Notes under the pieces: model-generated
What the model was told of the DNA's origin: nothing
Database searches by the model: none
What the model saw: the letters and a program-made list of their open reading frames with translations, nothing else
Part shown: piece by piece, positions 1 through 7,596 of the stretch
How the letters are laid out: each line of letters begins with the position of its first letter
Numbering within the stretch: the first letter of the stretch is position 1
Assembly: GCA_040902005.1 (NCBI GenBank)
Contig: JBBDYA010000123.1
Coordinates: 1 to 11,587, forward strand
Direction: 5' to 3'
Length of the DNA: 11,587 bases
DNA from: Gemmatimonadaceae bacterium
Lineage (GTDB): Bacteria > Gemmatimonadota > Gemmatimonadetes > Gemmatimonadales > Gemmatimonadaceae
Program-made: the position numbers and the translations under genes

Positions 1-1353
1 CCCCCCCCCACCACCGTCACGGATGTTCTGCGAGTTCGCGCGCCCCCTCCCCGTGATCGCGATCGCCGGTATCACGCCAGCCACGGTCGCGCTGACCGCC
101 GCGAGCGCGAGCGCACTGAGCGCCGTCTCGAGCGTCAGGTCCAGCGATAGCCAGTACGGCAGCGCAGACTGGCCGGCCAGCCCCGCGAGGTTCACATGAT
201 CGAGCGCCCAATCGAAAACCAGCACGCCGACACCCGCCGCAATGACGGCAAGCAGCAACGTTTCCACGAAGATCTGCGACACGATGCGTGCTCGGCTCGC
301 GCCGAGCGACGTGCGAATCGCCAGCTCCCGAAGGCGCGTTGCGGTGCGCGCGAACACCAGCATTGCGACGTTACCGCACGCGACGAGCAGTAGCATGAAC
401 GTCAGCGCCTGCACGAAGCGAAACTCGGGCACGCTGGCGAGTCCACCTGCTGGCAGGCCGAGATACAGGAGTCCGAACGGCACGACTTCCGCTCTCAGCC
501 GCGCACGCTCTGCCGCCTCGTTCGCGCTGGCCGCGCTGGAAGGCGGTGGTGGGCCCTGAGACGACAGCTCCGCCTGCGCCTGCCGCGCGGAAACGCCGTC
601 CGCCAATCGGCCGAGAATCTGCACGCGCATCCTCGATCCCACCCCACTTGCGGATGCACGGCGGAGCGGGAGCCAGAGCGCTTCGTTGGTAGGGAACGCA
701 AATCCGTCCGGCATCACGCCCACGACCACAGACAGGTTTCGCCCAATGCGAATGCTGCGACCTAGCACGTCAGGATCCTGACCGAAGCGAGACGACCAGA
801 GGCCGTGGCCGATCACGACGACGTCCGGCGCACCGGCGGCGAAATCGCCGGCCTCGAGTACGCGGCCAAGCAACGGCCGAGCCCCCAGCATCTGGAAAAC
901 GGAGGAGGTGATCTGCGCACCGGCGGCCGGCGCGCCCCCCCCCCCGTCCGCCGAAGCCACGTTGAAGCTCGACGTGCGGAAGGCGCCGAGCGAGGAGAAG
1001 CTGCGCAGTGTCCGCGTCCAGAACGTGAACTCGCCGTCCCAGGTCGGCGCGACGCCCGAGGAAAGCGGATCCCAGTACCGAATGGCCCGCACCTGATTTT
1101 CCGCATCGCCCGACAGCGGTCCCTCGAGCGCCCGCGCGACGTGCGACGGCGCGAGGCCCACCGGAATGCCTACGGCGAGCGCGAAGACTGCCGCCAGGTT
1201 GACCATCGGGTGCTTCCGCAGCATGCGCAGGCCCACTTTGACGTCGAGCCACGAGAAGCTGAGCTGCGCGAATGTTTCCAGTCCCATCGCGTCGCGCGCC
1301 TGCGCTCGACGGGTGCTCTCGTTGATGCGAATCGACCTGGCCCTCTCGCTCAC
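1..1353 (-). CDS. ABC-type permease, FtsX/MacB-like (ADOP, duplicated orphan permease family); 3' end runs off the left edge of the window
   Basis: Manual translation of the minus strand gives an open frame from GTG 1353 (SD-like AGGGGG upstream; alternative ATG at 1287; in-frame TAG upstream at 1396-1398) to position 1. It contains SWLDVKVGLRMLRKHP-(TM), MacB periplasmic-type motifs (FQMLGARPLLGR, VVVIGHGLWSSRFGQDPDVLGRSIRI, VVGVMPDGFAFP) and the FtsX motif LLLVACGNVAMLVFARTATRLRELAIRTSLGASRARIVSQIFVETLLL. It is absent from the ORF track, probably because it has no stop codon in the window. Confidence 0.92.
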   Translation of the reverse strand, partial: MSERARSIRINESTRRAQARDAMGLETFAQLSFSWLDVKVGLRMLRKHPMVNLAAVFALAVGIPVGLAPSHVARALEGPLSGDAENQVRAIRYWDPLSSGVAPTWDGEFTFWTRTLRSFSSLGAFRTSSFNVASADGGGGAPAAGAQITSSVFQMLGARPLLGRVLEAGDFAAGAPDVVVIGHGLWSSRFGQDPDVLGRSIRIGRNLSVVVGVMPDGFAFPTNEALWLPLRRASASGVGSRMRVQILGRLADGVSARQAQAELSSQGPPPPSSAASANEAAERARLRAEVVPFGLLYLGLPAGGLASVPEFRFVQALTFMLLLVACGNVAMLVFARTATRLRELAIRTSLGASRARIVSQIFVETLLLAVIAAGVGVLVFDWALDHVNLAGLAGQSALPYWLSLDLTLETALSALALAAVSATVAGVIPAIAITGRGRANSQNIRDGGGGG

Positions 1354-1470
1354 GTGTCCCCCTGCCTTGTCGCGGCTCGCGCGAAACGGCCGGCGCTACG
1401 TGCACCTACGACCAATGCGCACTTTGGTTTCCCGACGGGCCACCCGACGCGGGCATGCTCAGGCACCTGA

Positions 1471-1498
1471 TTGCGCCGAGCACTATCGGCGATACTCT
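1471..1498 (+). promoter_or_regulatory. Putative sigma70-type promoter for a leaderless transcript starting near ATG 1505
   Basis: TTGCGC (1471-1476), 16 nt, then TACTCT (1493-1498). The ATG lies 6 nt after the -10 element, with no SD. Confidence 0.4.
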
Positions 1499-1504
1499 TA
1501 CCTC

Positions 1505-1555
1505 ATGCGACCCCTTCGGTATTCCATCAATGTCACATTGGACGGGTGCTGCGAC
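1505..1555 (+). pseudogene. N-terminal remnant of a dihydrofolate reductase/RibD C-terminal-domain family gene
   Basis: ATG 1505 encodes MRPLRYSINVTLDGCCD, which I recognise as the start of a widespread DHFR-like family (first beta-strand plus the (S/T)LDG motif). The resemblance stops after 17 codons, and the frame ends at a stop at 1666 inside the DinB gene. Confidence 0.72.
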
Positions 1556-1578
1556 CCTTCAACATCGAGCCAGCGACG

Positions 1579-2073
1579 ATGCAGACATCAGATATCGCCC
1601 CGACCCTCGAAACATTGTTCGCCGAGCTGGTGGACGGCGCACGCCCCGGCGGCGCCTTCATCCTGAACTCTGGAGACGCCGGGCTGCTGCGGTCCCTCGA
1701 CAAGCTCTCGGCCGCCGAGGCGTCGCGGTCGGCGAATGACGGTGCGACGATCGCCGCGCACGCGCAGCACCTGCGTTATGGCCTCTCGCTCATGAACCGC
1801 TGGGGCACGGAGGGTGGGAATCCCTTCGCCGACGCGCAGTGGGATGCCGCGTGGAAGATTTCCAGCGTGGACGCGGCCGCCTGGGACGAGATCCGCCGGG
1901 AGCTCACCGATGAGGTCCGTCGCTGGCGCACGGCGCTCGCGACGCCGCGCGATGCCGCCCCCGTCGAAGTCAACGGGATGGTCGGCAGCATCGCGCACCT
2001 TGCGTATCACCTCGGCGCGATCCGACAGATCAGCCGGGGCGCCCGAGGGCCGAAAGAAGGGACGTTCGCTTGA
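1579..2073 (+). CDS. DinB/YfiT-like four-helix-bundle putative metalloprotein (164 aa)
   Basis: Contains TIAAHAQHLRYGL and the C-terminal SIAHLAYHLGAIRQI, the typical DinB-superfamily His pattern. ATG 1579 (MQTSDIAPTL) is preferred over the ORF-track start at 1471. Confidence 0.8.
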   Translation: MQTSDIAPTLETLFAELVDGARPGGAFILNSGDAGLLRSLDKLSAAEASRSANDGATIAAHAQHLRYGLSLMNRWGTEGGNPFADAQWDAAWKISSVDAAAWDEIRRELTDEVRRWRTALATPRDAAPVEVNGMVGSIAHLAYHLGAIRQISRGARGPKEGTFA

Positions 2074-2110
2074 GGCCGGAGCGCACGTCCTCGATCGACA
2101 CGGGTTTCAT
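2072..2110 (-). pseudogene. Possible N-terminal remnant of a Phd/YefM-type antitoxin
   Basis: Minus-strand ATG 2110 gives MKPVSIEDVRSGL, resembling the Phd/YefM beta1-alpha1 start pattern (MKxVxIxExKxxL). Directly upstream is the direct repeat GGGCCAT-TA-GAGCCAT. The frame then enters the antisense of DinB and stops at 2030. Confidence 0.25.
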
Positions 2111-2243
2111 ATGGCTCTAATGGCCCTTTGATCGAGCCCAGCCAAGGCTTCTCCGTCCCGTCACGCTGGTAGACGGGTATCCGCGGGATGGACAGTGGGC
2201 GTCAGCGCTGCAAGTTTGGAGTTGTCTCCATCAGGATTTTGTC

Positions 2244-2879
2244 ATGCAACCGACCTTCCTTCGGCTCATGCTCCTTGCGGCAGCTCCGGCATCTGCATCG
2301 TGCGCCGCCGCCAGCGGCGGCGGGCTGGATCTCGGACCGTCACCCATCGGCGTAAACGTCCAGTCCCGGGTGGGGTACTACGACGTCAGCGGCGCCACGA
2401 TCCCGGAGATCCGCTCGCAAGTCGGAGCGCATGGCCCGACGCTGCGGACCCGGGACTCCCGCAGGGCCCTGGCCGTGACGCGCCATCAGATGCAGTGGCG
2501 GTACGAGTACGCGCGCGACGCGCCGGGCGGCTGCCAGATCAGCGACGTGAAGGTGCGCGTCGACCTGGCGATCATCTATCCACGCTGGACTCCACCGGCC
2601 ACCCCCGATTCGGTGGTGTCCGCCTGGTGGGGTGGCTTGGCGGCGCGGCTGAAGGAGCACGAGGAGGGGCATGCCATTCTCGTTCTGGACTCCGCCGGCC
2701 GGATTGTGCGGGCGCTGCGCGGCATGAGCGGTGGCAGCTGCGACGCACTCGGCATTCGCGCGAGCCGCGTCGCGCAGCGTCACTATTCGGAGATGCGGGA
2801 GCTCCAGCAGCGCTTCGACGCGTCGAACGGCGCCGCGCAGAGAGAGATGGTCGCCGCCGTGACGAGCCGGAAACAGTAG
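2244..2879 (+). CDS. DUF922-like predicted secreted Zn-dependent protease
   Basis: N-terminal signal peptide (FLRLMLLAAAPASASC), YYDVSG near the N-terminus, IIYPRW, an HExxH motif (KEHEEGHA), a Cys pair and C-terminal QQRFD. This layout is typical of DUF922 proteins. Confidence 0.82.
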   Translation: MQPTFLRLMLLAAAPASASCAAASGGGLDLGPSPIGVNVQSRVGYYDVSGATIPEIRSQVGAHGPTLRTRDSRRALAVTRHQMQWRYEYARDAPGGCQISDVKVRVDLAIIYPRWTPPATPDSVVSAWWGGLAARLKEHEEGHAILVLDSAGRIVRALRGMSGGSCDALGIRASRVAQRHYSEMRELQQRFDASNGAAQREMVAAVTSRKQ

Positions 2880-3087
2880 CGCAGGTCTCGACCTGAACGC
2901 GATTGGTCGCCCGAGCTGCGGATATGCTTCTCTGTTTCCATCTCCATATGGAAGCGGTTGAGGTCCGAAGGGGATGCACCGCCCCCTGACCGTTCGTGGC
3001 TCGACCCCGCCGGCCGTGACCTCCAGCTCTTTTCCGGGGTTTAATGTTGTGAACGAAGTTCCGGTTCGACCGGAAGGAGCCAGCGTG

Positions 3088-3549
3088 ATGCGAGGATACC
3101 GTGCAGTGGCAGCGCTGTTGGTGGTACTCGGATGCACACCGACCGAGCCGCGGCCGGTTGAGGCCGAGTTCGTTGCTCAAAGCGTCGGAGGCGAGTCGCT
3201 TCCGGCCCTCGTGGTGTCAGGCGAGTTCGCCACCATCACCCTCCTCGCCGACACGATCCGCATCTATAGGGATGGAACCGGCTTCCGTGTCACCGTAGTG
3301 CACGCGGTCACCGACTATGTCGAGATCCCGGAGACCGGACCGGTGAAGCGCTACGAGAACACGTTCAGCTACCGCTACGTGGACGGCGTGTTCGAGCTGG
3401 AGTACCCCTGCCCCGACGTCGCGTCGTGCGTGGCACCGCCGCATTTCACCGGCACGTTTTCGGGAGACCAGCTCTTCGGGAGCGACGTGGCCTGGCACGA
3501 CAAGCAGGTCCAGTACCGCGTGGTCGGAACCGCGCCGACATCGTACTGA
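3088..3549 (+). CDS. Hypothetical lipoprotein (small, beta-rich, possibly lipocalin-like)
   Basis: SD AAGGAG at 3074-3079, then GTG 3085/ATG 3088. Signal peptide with lipobox (AVAALLVVLG-C). Contains SVGGESLP, ADTIRIYRDGTG and a Cys pair in YPCPDVASC. Codon usage is GC3-rich. Confidence 0.78.
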   Translation: MRGYRAVAALLVVLGCTPTEPRPVEAEFVAQSVGGESLPALVVSGEFATITLLADTIRIYRDGTGFRVTVVHAVTDYVEIPETGPVKRYENTFSYRYVDGVFELEYPCPDVASCVAPPHFTGTFSGDQLFGSDVAWHDKQVQYRVVGTAPTSY

Positions 3550-3642
3550 TGCGCGTGACGCGGTTGTCGACATCGAGATTTCCCGCGAGACCTGGCCTGG
3601 CTTTCACTCCGCGCGTATGACCGTCCATGCGCCCGCCACGGG

Positions 3643-4038
3643 TCACACGTTCCACGAGGAAAGGAACTCGAACGACGACGCGAGAAGGAAGAAGGGAATG
3701 GACGTGCCGATGATGACGAGCAAGTCCCCGAGTGGCTCGCGGCCAAGGCGATATCGCCAGAAGCGCCACCCGACCTGCCGGTTCTGCGCGTACAGCACGA
3801 CGCCGCACCGGATGCCGCCGCCAATGCACAACGAGTAGGCGAAGAACTGAAGGAGGAGGACGCCGAGATAGTAGGCGCCACCACGCACGGATCGAAGTCG
3901 GCTCATGTGACGGCGGTCCACAGATACAATCCCGGCGATCCATCCCTGATAGGGCACCGTGACGTATGGCAGCACGATGGTGAACCCTGCGATGGTCTGA
4001 GGAAGCGCCGCCCGCGCGTTCCCCCATCGTGTGCGCAC
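3643..4038 (-). pseudogene. SpoIIM-like (stage II sporulation protein M family) membrane protein, apparently 5'-truncated
   Basis: Hydrophobic segments with GWIAGIVSVD..H.SRL, YYLGVLLLQFFAYSL.IGGG and a C-terminal FFLLASSFEFL, resembling SpoIIM-family C-termini. An in-frame TGA lies 5 codons upstream of GTG 4038 and there is no SD. At 131 aa it is shorter than I expect for the family. Confidence 0.55.
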
Positions 4039-4248
4039 AAGGCGGCCAGCTCATGGTCGCCACCGCCACACACACAAAGGGACCGTCCACCAATACCCTC
4101 GTTGCTCCGGTGGCATACACCGATTCGGCCGCGACGGTCGCTCGCTATCTCGACGCATTCACCAGCCCCGCGAATACCGATGTTGAGCGAGTACCCTGAA
4201 GCCCGCGCGCGCCGGCACCCTCCCGCAATGGCGCGCTGAACGTCCGAC

Positions 4249-4257
4249 TGGCATTTT
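4249..4257 (+). promoter_or_regulatory. Putative extended -10 element for a leaderless Rieske oxygenase mRNA
   Basis: TG-g-CATTTT ends 6 nt before ATG 4264, and no SD precedes the ATG. Confidence 0.3.
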
Positions 4258-4263
4258 GCAGGC

Positions 4264-5391
4264 ATGACCGCATTCCAGCGAACGGTCGAGTCGTACCGGC
4301 AGGGCGCCCACACCATGCCCGGGGAGTACTACACGTCGCCGGACATCCTCGCCGAGGAAACGCGGACGATCCTCGCGACGCACTGGAACTGCGTCGGGCG
4401 CGCCAGCGCATTCGCAACGCCCGGCGACTACCAGGTGCGCACGATCGCCGGCGAGTCCCTGATCATCGTGCGCGACCGCGGCGGCGACCTGCACGCATTC
4501 TTCAACGTCTGCCGCCACCGGGGAACGCAGCTCTGCAATGCGGCATCCGGCCAGCTCTCGGAAACGATCCAGTGCCCGTACCACGCCTGGACCTACGGGC
4601 TCGACGGCCGCCTGATCGGCGCGCCGCACATGGGCGAGGTGGAGGGGTTCGAGAAGAAGGACTTCGGGCTGCACGAGGCCGCCGTCGCCGAGTGGGAGGG
4701 ATTCGTCTTCGTGAACGTGGGAGACGATCCGAGGCCGTTCGAGGACTGGTTCGCGCCGATGATCGGCCGCCTCGCGCGCTTTGACCTGCCGTCGCTGAAG
4801 ACGGGGCATCGCGTGCGCTATGAGGTGAACGCCAACTGGAAGCTGGTATTCCAGAACTACTCGGAATGCCTGCACTGCCCCATGATTCACCCGGAGTTGT
4901 CCGCCGTGCTTCCCTATACGAGCGGCAGCAACGACCTCACCGCCGGGCCGTTCCTGGGCGGCTACATGGAGATCCGCGAGCCGAACGAGAGCGCCACGCT
5001 CAGCGGCCGCGCGTGCGGACGCGTGGTGAGCGAGTCGTTGAGCGCCGGCGATCGGCGGCGCGCGTATTACTACACGCTCATGCCCAACATGGCGCTCAGC
5101 CTGCACCCGGACTACGTGAATTTCTATCTGATCACGCCGGTGGCCGTGGACCGCACCATCGTCGAGACCGAGTGGATGTTCAGTCCGGCGAACGAGGGGG
5201 GGGGGGATCCCGCGTTCAATCCGCGCGACGCCATCGACTTCTGGGACGTGACCAACCGGCAGGACTGGGACATCTGCGAGCGCAGCCACCGCGGTATCCG
5301 GTCACGAAAGTACGCGCCCGGCCCGTACTCGCCCCGGGAGAGCATCCCCGCGGCGTGGGACGCGCAGTATCTACGAATGATGGGACGGTAG
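4264..5391 (+). CDS. Rieske non-heme iron oxygenase alpha subunit (ring-hydroxylating dioxygenase superfamily; choline monooxygenase/GbcA-like quaternary-amine group)
   Basis: Rieske ligands NVCRHRG...CPYHAWTYGLDG; mononuclear Fe motif ANWKLVFQNYSECLHCPMIHPEL; C-terminal FWDVTNRQDWDICE and GPYSPRES. Confidence 0.93.
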   Translation: MTAFQRTVESYRQGAHTMPGEYYTSPDILAEETRTILATHWNCVGRASAFATPGDYQVRTIAGESLIIVRDRGGDLHAFFNVCRHRGTQLCNAASGQLSETIQCPYHAWTYGLDGRLIGAPHMGEVEGFEKKDFGLHEAAVAEWEGFVFVNVGDDPRPFEDWFAPMIGRLARFDLPSLKTGHRVRYEVNANWKLVFQNYSECLHCPMIHPELSAVLPYTSGSNDLTAGPFLGGYMEIREPNESATLSGRACGRVVSESLSAGDRRRAYYYTLMPNMALSLHPDYVNFYLITPVAVDRTIVETEWMFSPANEGGGDPAFNPRDAIDFWDVTNRQDWDICERSHRGIRSRKYAPGPYSPRESIPAAWDAQYLRMMGR

Positions 5392-5416
5392 CACTCACTG
5401 TCACCGGAGAAGCATC

Positions 5417-5626
5417 ATGGCGGAATCCAAGACGATCTGGGTCCTGAAGTCGTTGGGCATCGTGATTGTCGCGGCGGTGCTCACCTCGCTGCTCACGACG
5501 TGGCTACAGCACCTGATCTGGGGGCAGGCCAACGTGGCGATCAGCGGAGGCGCGTCCGCTGGCGTCGCGGTCGCCGTGCTGATGTCACGCCGTCACAGGC
5601 TGCCCGCCGACGAGCCCAAGGGCTGA
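5417..5626 (+). CDS. Small hypothetical membrane protein (69 aa, two TM helices)
   Basis: GGAG SD at 5406-5409. Two hydrophobic stretches (IWVLKSLGIVIVAAVLTSLLTTWL; VAISGGASAGVAVAVLM) and a basic tail (SRRHR). It starts 25 nt after the Rieske gene stop. Confidence 0.7.
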   Translation: MAESKTIWVLKSLGIVIVAAVLTSLLTTWLQHLIWGQANVAISGGASAGVAVAVLMSRRHRLPADEPKG

Positions 5627-5700
5627 CCGGCTGCGGTGTTGTCCGTCGGCCGGACCGCGTGATTCGCGCGCCCCGCGCTTTTCGATTACGCTATTCAGCC

Positions 5701-7596
5701 ATGCCCTCCAAACGCCACTCTTCCGCCCTGCGCGCGCTGACGGCACTGCTCCTCGCCGCGTTCCCCGCTGTCCCCGCCGCCGTCGCGCAGGACGCCCCGC
5801 GTCCCGCCGCGCTCACCTCAGTTCCACGGCTGCAATCCCTGGCCAACGCGACCTCGGAACTGGTGAACGTGGTGGACCGGTTCCGGCTGGACGAAACCGC
5901 GCTCGAGCGGCGCTACGACGCCAACGGCTCGCCCGCTCGCCGCGCCCGCATGCGGGAGCACTATCAGTCCTGGCGGCAGCGGCTGCGCGAGACGGACTTC
6001 AACCGTCTGAGCCAGGAAGGGCGTGTGGACTACGTGCTGCTGGACAACTATCTCCAGCACCAGCTCGCCCTGCTGGAGCGGACGGAGACGCACCGCGCCG
6101 AGACCGCGCCGCTGCTCCCCTTCGCCGACCGGCTGCTCGCGCTGCACGACGCCCGCCGCGAGATGCAGGCGCAGAATCCCGCGGCCCTCGCGCGCGCGCT
6201 GGCGGAGGTCGCGAAGCAGGTGGACAGTCTGCGCGCGCTCATCGATCCCGCGCCGGCACGACAGGCCGGCGCGTCCGGCGCAGCCGCGGACAGCGCCCCC
6301 CCCCGGCGCGCGGACCCTCCGACGGTGTCGCGCACCGTCGCCAATCGCGCCGCGGACCACCTCGACGCCCTCCGCCGCACCATGACCACCTGGTACCGCT
6401 ACTACGACGGCTACGATCCGCTGTTCACGTGGTGGGCGCGCGATCCCTATCGCACGCTGGACTCGTCCATGACGCGCTACGCCACGTCCATCCGGCAGCG
6501 GCTGGTGGGCATGCGGCCGGGCGAGTCCCAGGAGCGCAACCAGGGGCCCATCGTGGGCGACGCCATTGGCGCGGACGGGCTGCGTGAGGACCTGCGCCAC
6601 GAGATGATGCCGTACACGCCGGAAGAACTCATCGCCATCGCCCAGCGTGAGTACGCCTTCAGCCTCGCCGAGATCAGGAAGGCGGCGCGCGAGATGGGAT
6701 TCGGCGACGACTGGAAGGCGGCGATGGAGAAGGTGAAGGACACCTACGTGGAACCGGGGAAGCAGCCGGAGATGATCCGCGACCTCGCGCGCCAGGCCGA
6801 AGCCTTTTTCGATCAGCATGACTGGGTGACGATTCCACCGCTCGCCAGGGAAGACTGGCGGATGGAGATGATGTCCCCCGAGCGCCAGCGCGTGGCGCCG
6901 TTCTTCCTGGGCGGCGAGTCCATCATCGTGTCGTACCCCACGGACGTCATGACCGATGAAGAGAAACTGATGAGCATGCGGGGGAACAACCCGCATTTCT
7001 CGCATGCCACGGTGTTCCACGAGCTGAACCCGGGGCATCACCTGCAGGGGTTCATGCTCGCCAGGTACAACTCGCACCGGTCGCTCTTTCGCACGCCCTT
7101 CTGGCACGAAGGGCAGGCGTTGTACTGGGAGATGTTCCTCTGGGACACCGGCCGGTTCCATGTGTCTCCGGAAGACCGCATCGGCGCGCTGTTCTGGCGC
7201 ATGCACCGTAGCGCGCGGATCATCTTCTCCCTCAGCTTCCACCTGGGAAAGATGACGCCGGAGCAGGCCATCCAGTTCCTGGTGGACACCGTGAACTTCG
7301 AGCGCGCCAACGCGGAGGGTGAGGTGCGCCGGTCGTTCGCCGGACAGTACTCGCCGCTGTACCAGGCCGCGTACATGCTGGGCGGTCTGCAGATCCGCGC
7401 CCTGTACCGCGAACTGGTGGACGCCGGGACGATGACGCCGCGCGAGTTCCACGACGCCATTCTCCAGGGGGGCGCGATGCCGATCGCGATGGTGCGCGCC
7501 CGGCTCGCCGGCACTCCGCTCACGCGCGACGGGCCCCGTCCCTGGCGATTCGCGGACCAGTTGCCGGCACCACGGCCCTTTGGCGGGAGAGACTGA
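5701..7596 (+). CDS. DUF885 family secreted protein (putative metallopeptidase)
   Basis: Signal peptide from ATG 5701 (MPSKRHSSALRALTALLLAAFPAVPAAVAQ). DUF885 hallmarks: TVFHELNPGHHLQ (His at 7018), FWHEGQALYWE, RSARII, AEGEVRR, PLYQAAYMLGGLQI, REFHDAILQGG. The ORF-track start at 5500 overlaps the small membrane gene. Confidence 0.9.
   Translation: MPSKRHSSALRALTALLLAAFPAVPAAVAQDAPRPAALTSVPRLQSLANATSELVNVVDRFRLDETALERRYDANGSPARRARMREHYQSWRQRLRETDFNRLSQEGRVDYVLLDNYLQHQLALLERTETHRAETAPLLPFADRLLALHDARREMQAQNPAALARALAEVAKQVDSLRALIDPAPARQAGASGAAADSAPPRRADPPTVSRTVANRAADHLDALRRTMTTWYRYYDGYDPLFTWWARDPYRTLDSSMTRYATSIRQRLVGMRPGESQERNQGPIVGDAIGADGLREDLRHEMMPYTPEELIAIAQREYAFSLAEIRKAAREMGFGDDWKAAMEKVKDTYVEPGKQPEMIRDLARQAEAFFDQHDWVTIPPLAREDWRMEMMSPERQRVAPFFLGGESIIVSYPTDVMTDEEKLMSMRGNNPHFSHATVFHELNPGHHLQGFMLARYNSHRSLFRTPFWHEGQALYWEMFLWDTGRFHVSPEDRIGALFWRMHRSARIIFSLSFHLGKMTPEQAIQFLVDTVNFERANAEGEVRRSFAGQYSPLYQAAYMLGGLQIRALYRELVDAGTMTPREFHDAILQGGAMPIAMVRARLAGTPLTRDGPRPWRFADQLPAPRPFGGRD

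Noticed and set aside
935..945. Suspected frameshift at the C11 run in the permease
   Set aside because: Counting 11 bases keeps the frame (ASADGGGGAPAAGAQIT), and family motifs continue on both sides.
196..1470. ORF-track calls over the first 1.4 kb (e.g. 805-1470 +, 770-1405 -)
   Set aside because: They are alternative frames of the minus-strand permease, whose frame carries clear family motifs.
2883..2896. Palindrome CAGGT-CTCG-ACCTG after the DUF922-like gene as a terminator
   Set aside because: The stem is short and has no U-tract, so support is too weak.
3059..3075. GGTTCGA resembling a tRNA T-loop
   Set aside because: No acceptor, D or anticodon arms can be built around it. It is a simple hairpin.
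4249..4260. TGGCA...TTGCA resembling a sigma54 -24/-12 promoter
   Set aside because: The spacing between the GG and GC elements is too short for the strict sigma54 geometry.
2074..4263. Integron attC sites between the short cassette-like genes
   Set aside because: I could not identify paired RYYYAAC/GTTRRRY boxes with a long imperfect palindrome in the spacers.
5818..7452. 544-aa minus-strand ORF (also 4159-5289 and 9761-10804)
   Set aside because: These are antisense shadows of well-supported plus-strand genes. High-GC codon bias suppresses stops, and I recognise no motifs in them.
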